A stretch of DNA of 20,000 nt from contig CAYLOA010000003.1 of the NCBI GenBank assembly GCA_964385185.1, forward strand, positions 56,736 to 76,735, written 5' to 3'. Below, in pieces: positions 16,501 to 20,000 of the stretch; within the stretch, counting starts at the first letter, position 1; every line of letters starts with the position of its first letter. This DNA is from an uncultured Methanosarcinales archaeon. Lineage in GTDB: Archaea; Nanobdellota; Nanobdellia; Woesearchaeales; CALCXY01. Made by a program: the position numbers and the translations under genes. The notes under the pieces are model-generated. The model had not been told where the DNA came from. It saw only the letters and a list, made by a program, of their open reading frames with translations, and searched no databases.

Positions 16501-19500
16501 CTGATTCATTAAACCACCTTACGCTTGCTGTGATGGTATCATCATCGATATCAGTAGCGTTAATCCACAAGGTGAGGTTTTCTGTGGTGTAATTGGTCGT
16601 TCCTGATGAGGTATTGATGACAAATGAAGTTATGGTTGGGACTGTTGTGTTAATTATCATTGAGAAGTTTTGTGGTGTAGAATTGAGAGTTCCATCATCT
16701 ATCGTGACCATAACCGTCCAATTTTGTCCTTTTGAAGTATTTGTTGAGGTAATAGTATCTCCAAAGGTAAGCACATTATCTGTCATGGTTGCAGTGATAC
16801 TTGTGTGTGGAGTCACTTCAGCTGAATTATTGAACCATCTGAGATGAGCTTTGATTGTATCACTGTTTTGATCAGTAGCATTAATGTAAATTGTTAAGTC
16901 TTCATCTGTTCTGTTTGTTTGATCTGTATCTGAGGTGTTTAATCTAGCTGAATTTAAGACTGGTCGAGTTGTGTTGATAATTAATGAGTAGTTTTGGATG
17001 GTAGTGTTGATTGTTCCATCTCCTATGATTACGGAGGCTGTCCAATTTTCATCTACCCTTGTGTCTGAGCTGTTTATTGTGAAGATAAGTGCTTGAGCAT
17101 TGTCTGTTAATCCTTTTACTTGGAAGGATTGATCAGGCCAGAATTTAGATGAGTTATGCCAATCGAAGTATGCAGTTAAAGTATCTGAATCCAAGTCTGT
17201 TGCGTTAATCCACAAGGTGAGATTCTGGAACGTTTCGTTATTTGCTGTTGGGCTGGAGTTTATGACGATTTCATTTACTGTTGGGATGGTATCGTTTATT
17301 ATCAATGAGAAATTTTGAGGGGTTGTGTTGAGACTTCCATCACTAATGATAATTTCTGCTGTCCAATTTTCATCTCTTGTAGTATTAGGATAGAAAATGG
17401 TATCTCTTAAGTTTAAGGTGTTCAATGTTATCGATTGAGCTGTGTAATTTGAAGTATTCTGCATTCGTATGGAATTATTGAACCATTTAATGTGTGCAAT
17501 CAAAGAATCTACATCTTCATCTGAGGCGTTGACCCATAATGTAAGATTATCTGATGTAAGATTGGTTGATCCTGCAGAGGTATTGATGAATGCCAACTCT
17601 AAGATAGGTCTTGTGCTGTTGATAATTAATGAATAGTTTATGAATGAGGTGTTACTTTCTCCATCTGAATATCTTGCCATAACAGTCCAATTTTGTCCTT
17701 TGGTTGTATTACCAGATGTTATGTTGCTGATTCTTGTTGGGAGGTCTAGGCTAATATTTTGAGATCCAGTTAAACCTGGGAGTTCAGTTGTTCCATTAAA
17801 CCATCTAAAGTAGACGGTAAACTGAGTCTCATTATCAAGATCTTGGATTTGGTGCCAAAGGGTTAGATTTTCATCTGTTTCATTTAATCTGTCTATGGAT
17901 GTATTTATTTCTGTGAGACTAGTATTTGGAGGGGAGTTTCGGATGATTATGGAAGCGTTGATGAATCCTGAAGCGTTATCTTCTCCATCATCAATTTGGA
18001 CCATAGCTGTCCAGTTTTCGTTTTTTACTATGGTAGAGGCATTTATGGTATCCAGAATCGTGAAGACATTATCCCCTAGTGATGCAATTCTGTTATCTGT
18101 TGAATCTGGCCATTCAATACTGTTATTGAACCATCTTATGTATGCATTGAGAGTATCCCCATTAGCATCGGTTGCGTTTATCCACACCGTTATATTCTCA
18201 TTTGTGTAATTTTCTACTGAACCTGATGAATTCAAGAGGATTTGATTGATTACAGGTATGGTATTTGCTGCTGCACCAATTTCTACTGAAACATTAGTTG
18301 CAGAAAGGTTGTCAATGCCATCTGTGATGGTTACTTGTGCTGTCCAATTTTCTCCATCACTCGTATTTCCAGAAGTTATGTTTCCAGCTAGGGTTAAGAC
18401 ATTGTCTGTAATGAGTGTGGTTTCGTTCAGAGTATTATTGATGAATAATACAGGTGTCCCAGTTACGTTTCTATACCAGAGGATGTATGCAGTAATGGTA
18501 TGACTATCTGCATCTGTTACATTCACGTACAGGGTAATATTATTATTCGTATCTTGATTACTTGAGGAAGTGTTAATACTGATACTGTTTAAGACAGGGG
18601 CAGTGTTGTTGATAATCAATGAGTAATTGATGAACGAAGAGTTATCATTTCCATCATAGTGAAGAGCCATGACTGTCCATTTTTCTCCTTGCGTAGTATT
18701 TCCAAAGGTAATATTGCTTATTATTCCTGGGGTGTTGAGACTTACATTGCTTTGTCCATTCAATCCTGGAACTTCTACCGTATCATTGAACCACCTATAG
18801 TGGACAGTAAACTGAGTTTCATTGTCTAGATCTGATATTTGATACCATAAAGTGAGATTTTCATCTGTTAAATTCGACCTTGTTGTGGATGAGTTTATTT
18901 CTGCTAATGTGACGTTGGCAGGAGAGTTTCTGATAATGAGTGAGTGATTCACAAATAAGGATGCATTTGATGCTCCATCATCTATTTGAATCATTGCTGT
19001 CCAATTTTGTATTTTTGTAGTGCTTGAAGCGTTGATATAGTCGAGTAGTGTGAAGGATCCATCATTTACTCCTGCAATTCTATTATCTGTTGAGTCAGGC
19101 CATTCAATACTGTTGTTGAACCATCTTACATACGCATTTATCGTATCATCATCTTCATCAGTGGCGTCTACCCATATTGTGAGATTTTCAAAGGTGTAAT
19201 TATCTGGAGTTGGGGATGCATTCAGGAGAACTGTTGTAATAGTAGGGGCAGTATTGTTGATAGTCAATGAGTAATTCGTAAATGAGGTGTTTATTTCACC
19301 ATCTCCGAATTTAGCCATAACTGTCCATGTGTCCCCTTTAGTAGTGTTTCCAAAGGTAAGATTTGAAATTCTTGATGCAACATCTAATCCTATACTTTGT
19401 GAGCCATTGAGTAACGGTAGTTCACTTGTGCCATTGAACCATCTATAGAATACTGTGAAAGAGGTTTCGTTGTCCAGATCTTGGATCGTATACCAGAGCG

Positions 19501-20000
19501 TTAGGTTTTCATCCGTTTCATTTAATCTGTCTATGGAAGCATTTATTTCTGCAACTGAGGCATTTGGTGGTGAGTTTCTTACAACGAATGATGTATTGAT
19601 AAATGCAGTTGCATTGGCAGCTCCATCATCTATTTGGATCATGGCAGTCCAGTTTTCATTCTTAATTATTGTTGAAGCATTTATGGTGTCTACCAATTTG
19701 AAAATATTATCAGCGAAACCTGTAATTCTATTATCTGTTGAATCTGGCCATTCTTTTGATTGGTTAAACCATCTCACATATGTATTAAGGGCATCATCAT
19801 CTGCATCTGAAGCGTTGATCCATACTGTAATGTTTTCATTCGTGTAGTTTTCTGAAGATCCTGATGAGTTTATGATTACTTCGTTAATTACAGGAGCTGT
19901 GTTTGTAATTTGGTTTACAAAGACCGAATAGTTTACAGGTGAAAGATTGGTATGGCCATCACTTATGGTTACTTGAGCTGTCCAGTTTTCATTTCCAGTT
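13568..20000 (-). CDS. Giant cell-surface adhesin-like glycoprotein (>2100 aa, 5'-truncated by the window edge)
   Basis: The frame stays open from 19999 (TGNENWTAQVTISDG...). It has tandem ~110-aa Ig/cadherin-like repeats, a DCND...DNDCDG motif, a Gly linker, a PGF-pre-PGF-like domain (SFSLFALSG), a WSC..WSAC Cys module, a TM and a basic helical tail. Confidence 0.92.
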   Translation of the reverse strand, partial: TGNENWTAQVTISDGHTNLSPVNYSVFVNQITNTAPVINEVIINSSGSSENYTNENITVWINASDADDDALNTYVRWFNQSKEWPDSTDNRITGFADNIFKLVDTINASTIIKNENWTAMIQIDDGAANATAFINTSFVVRNSPPNASVAEINASIDRLNETDENLTLWYTIQDLDNETSFTVFYRWFNGTSELPLLNGSQSIGLDVASRISNLTFGNTTKGDTWTVMAKFGDGEINTSFTNYSLTINNTAPTITTVLLNASPTPDNYTFENLTIWVDATDEDDDTINAYVRWFNNSIEWPDSTDNRIAGVNDGSFTLLDYINASSTTKIQNWTAMIQIDDGASNASLFVNHSLIIRNSPANVTLAEINSSTTRSNLTDENLTLWYQISDLDNETQFTVHYRWFNDTVEVPGLNGQSNVSLNTPGIISNITFGNTTQGEKWTVMALHYDGNDNSSFINYSLIINNTAPVLNSISINTSSSNQDTNNNITLYVNVTDADSHTITAYILWYRNVTGTPVLFINNTLNETTLITDNVLTLAGNITSGNTSDGENWTAQVTITDGIDNLSATNVSVEIGAAANTIPVINQILLNSSGSVENYTNENITVWINATDANGDTLNAYIRWFNNSIEWPDSTDNRIASLGDNVFTILDTINASTIVKNENWTAMVQIDDGEDNASGFINASIIIRNSPPNTSLTEINTSIDRLNETDENLTLWHQIQDLDNETQFTVYFRWFNGTTELPGLTGSQNISLDLPTRISNITSGNTTKGQNWTVMARYSDGESNTSFINYSLIINSTRPILELAFINTSAGSTNLTSDNLTLWVNASDEDVDSLIAHIKWFNNSIRMQNTSNYTAQSITLNTLNLRDTIFYPNTTRDENWTAEIIISDGSLNTTPQNFSLIINDTIPTVNEIVINSSPTANNETFQNLTLWINATDLDSDTLTAYFDWHNSSKFWPDQSFQVKGLTDNAQALIFTINSSDTRVDENWTASVIIGDGTINTTIQNYSLIINTTRPVLNSARLNTSDTDQTNRTDEDLTIYINATDQNSDTIKAHLRWFNNSAEVTPHTSITATMTDNVLTFGDTITSTNTSKGQNWTVMVTIDDGTLNSTPQNFSMIINTTVPTITSFVINTSSGTTNYTTENLTLWINATDIDDDTITASVRWFNESVTLNGDTSFATTDVTADSFTLVSTIYSPNTTKGENWTASIIVGDNTLNSSILNLSILINNTPPAISQVVFNTSAGNSNLSTQNLTLWINSTDNDTDTLTTYVRWFTNSTENKTLNTTFSNTDNILQLISTIISSNTTVHDNWTAQIVVGDGTLNTSPENHSLIILPANSAPTTNSIVLNTSNTSAANRTLENLTLWVNTTDTDNDNITAHIRWFNNTVEWEDLTQFSIRINDNNLTYISTILAGNTSHPQNWTAQVTFGDGTTNGTATNTTITIRDTPQTASVIPNQTWISDTNISLNLSLYFSDDDNDLFNFTASFPENITVNITGENLTLIPFPNNTTTTNIIINATNQSTSIASNNITLIVTNDIDSDGYDSDQRSGLDCNDNDANVNPGVAEVCSDSIDNDCDGSIDEGCTTATPSSGDSGGGGGGGGAGGGSSTIAPIQVPKPIASKNLNRKFFAVIRDGESYNLPVKDEYMLGIRFILKQLRTGVNINVIKIITPAEEQVFDANVLNYYEIENNLQKDDFAFAEIVYRIPVELLEEDPSIGLYKQVGSKWIAQPTERVDEKDGFVFFVGRPKSFSLFALSGAPTQLDCVPDWSCTPWSACGEENEGLRERSCLDIRECEISTPPLTLDSCQDDSLLTFIENSQSRRSGLIGRAFGFGGDASSSVGGIIFFTLLIGLIWVWRRKHKTTAKKESTDDEPHQDKKQWFEDNTKKLLQLLDENNPQKAIAIYIKMHKKYNAPEGRQLPTIIKKQIHAMLTTAYRNIQRIESSSLLAKFNQKKTQIEHYLEAGDTIDASSVEKSLEEDANRYMESNFLSDEQKAKIAYTIHTLKHSIKSHMGTVSKAIKNLQFKEKPTPQVQQKPIVRKSKPKSKNTNNISWWKPWGMNKIIHKHPKVEDNPAHIKSRANNVLKTVDIMEKLAKKKEFRMARKWYKEALAEYTILASSKYVSKPMKNKLYKKIQEAHDIYNEWANK
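15675..20000 (-). repeat. Tandem array of 13 complete plus 1 partial ~330-nt coding repeats
   Basis: Recurring N..P, N[LI]T[LIV]W, DxD, [RK]WFN, NWT and DG motifs. Near-identical DNA segments are offset by 1638 nt (18093/19731; 17881/19519). Confidence 0.9.

Noticed and set aside
18082..19780. Near-identical ~60-nt repeats as CRISPR repeats or a DGR template/variable pair
   Set aside because: They are in-frame coding repeats hundreds of bases apart. Differences are mostly synonymous and not adenine-specific, and no cas or reverse transcriptase gene is in the window.
13626..19847. Multiple plus-strand ORFs inside the giant gene
   Set aside because: Antisense shadows produced by codon bias in the repetitive minus-strand CDS.

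Overview
AT-rich archaeal chromosomal window. BRE/TATA promoters, mostly leaderless genes, GGAGGTGA-type SD sites, oligo-T terminators and the gene content suggest a DPANN (Woesearchaeota-like) lineage; this is an inference. Left (1-3972): cell-surface glycoprotein genes and one acidic protein. Centre (4005-7327): a candidate SAH-recycling/adenosine-salvage module with ahcY, a divergent Lrp/AsnC regulator and a PfkB adenosine-kinase-like gene. 7438-9895: a co-oriented run of short accessory genes, several apparently broken. Right (9903-20000, minus strand): a PLD-family lipoprotein, a degenerate TtuA/TtcA-like protein, a secreted Lon-type protease and a >2100-aa repeat adhesin running off the window. 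The most interesting items missing from the ORF track are: (1) two promoter-bearing, G-U-rich structured small RNA candidates (~5418-5500 in the ahcY/lrp intergenic region; ~11555-11648, exposing an anti-Shine-Dalgarno-like tract); (2) a 32-aa ORF with its own promoter, a perfect SD and an upstream 16-bp palindrome; (3) three cryptic interrupted genes; (4) a shared pre-TM 'TG' motif in membrane-anchored proteins. No database searches were run, so novelty is unverified.
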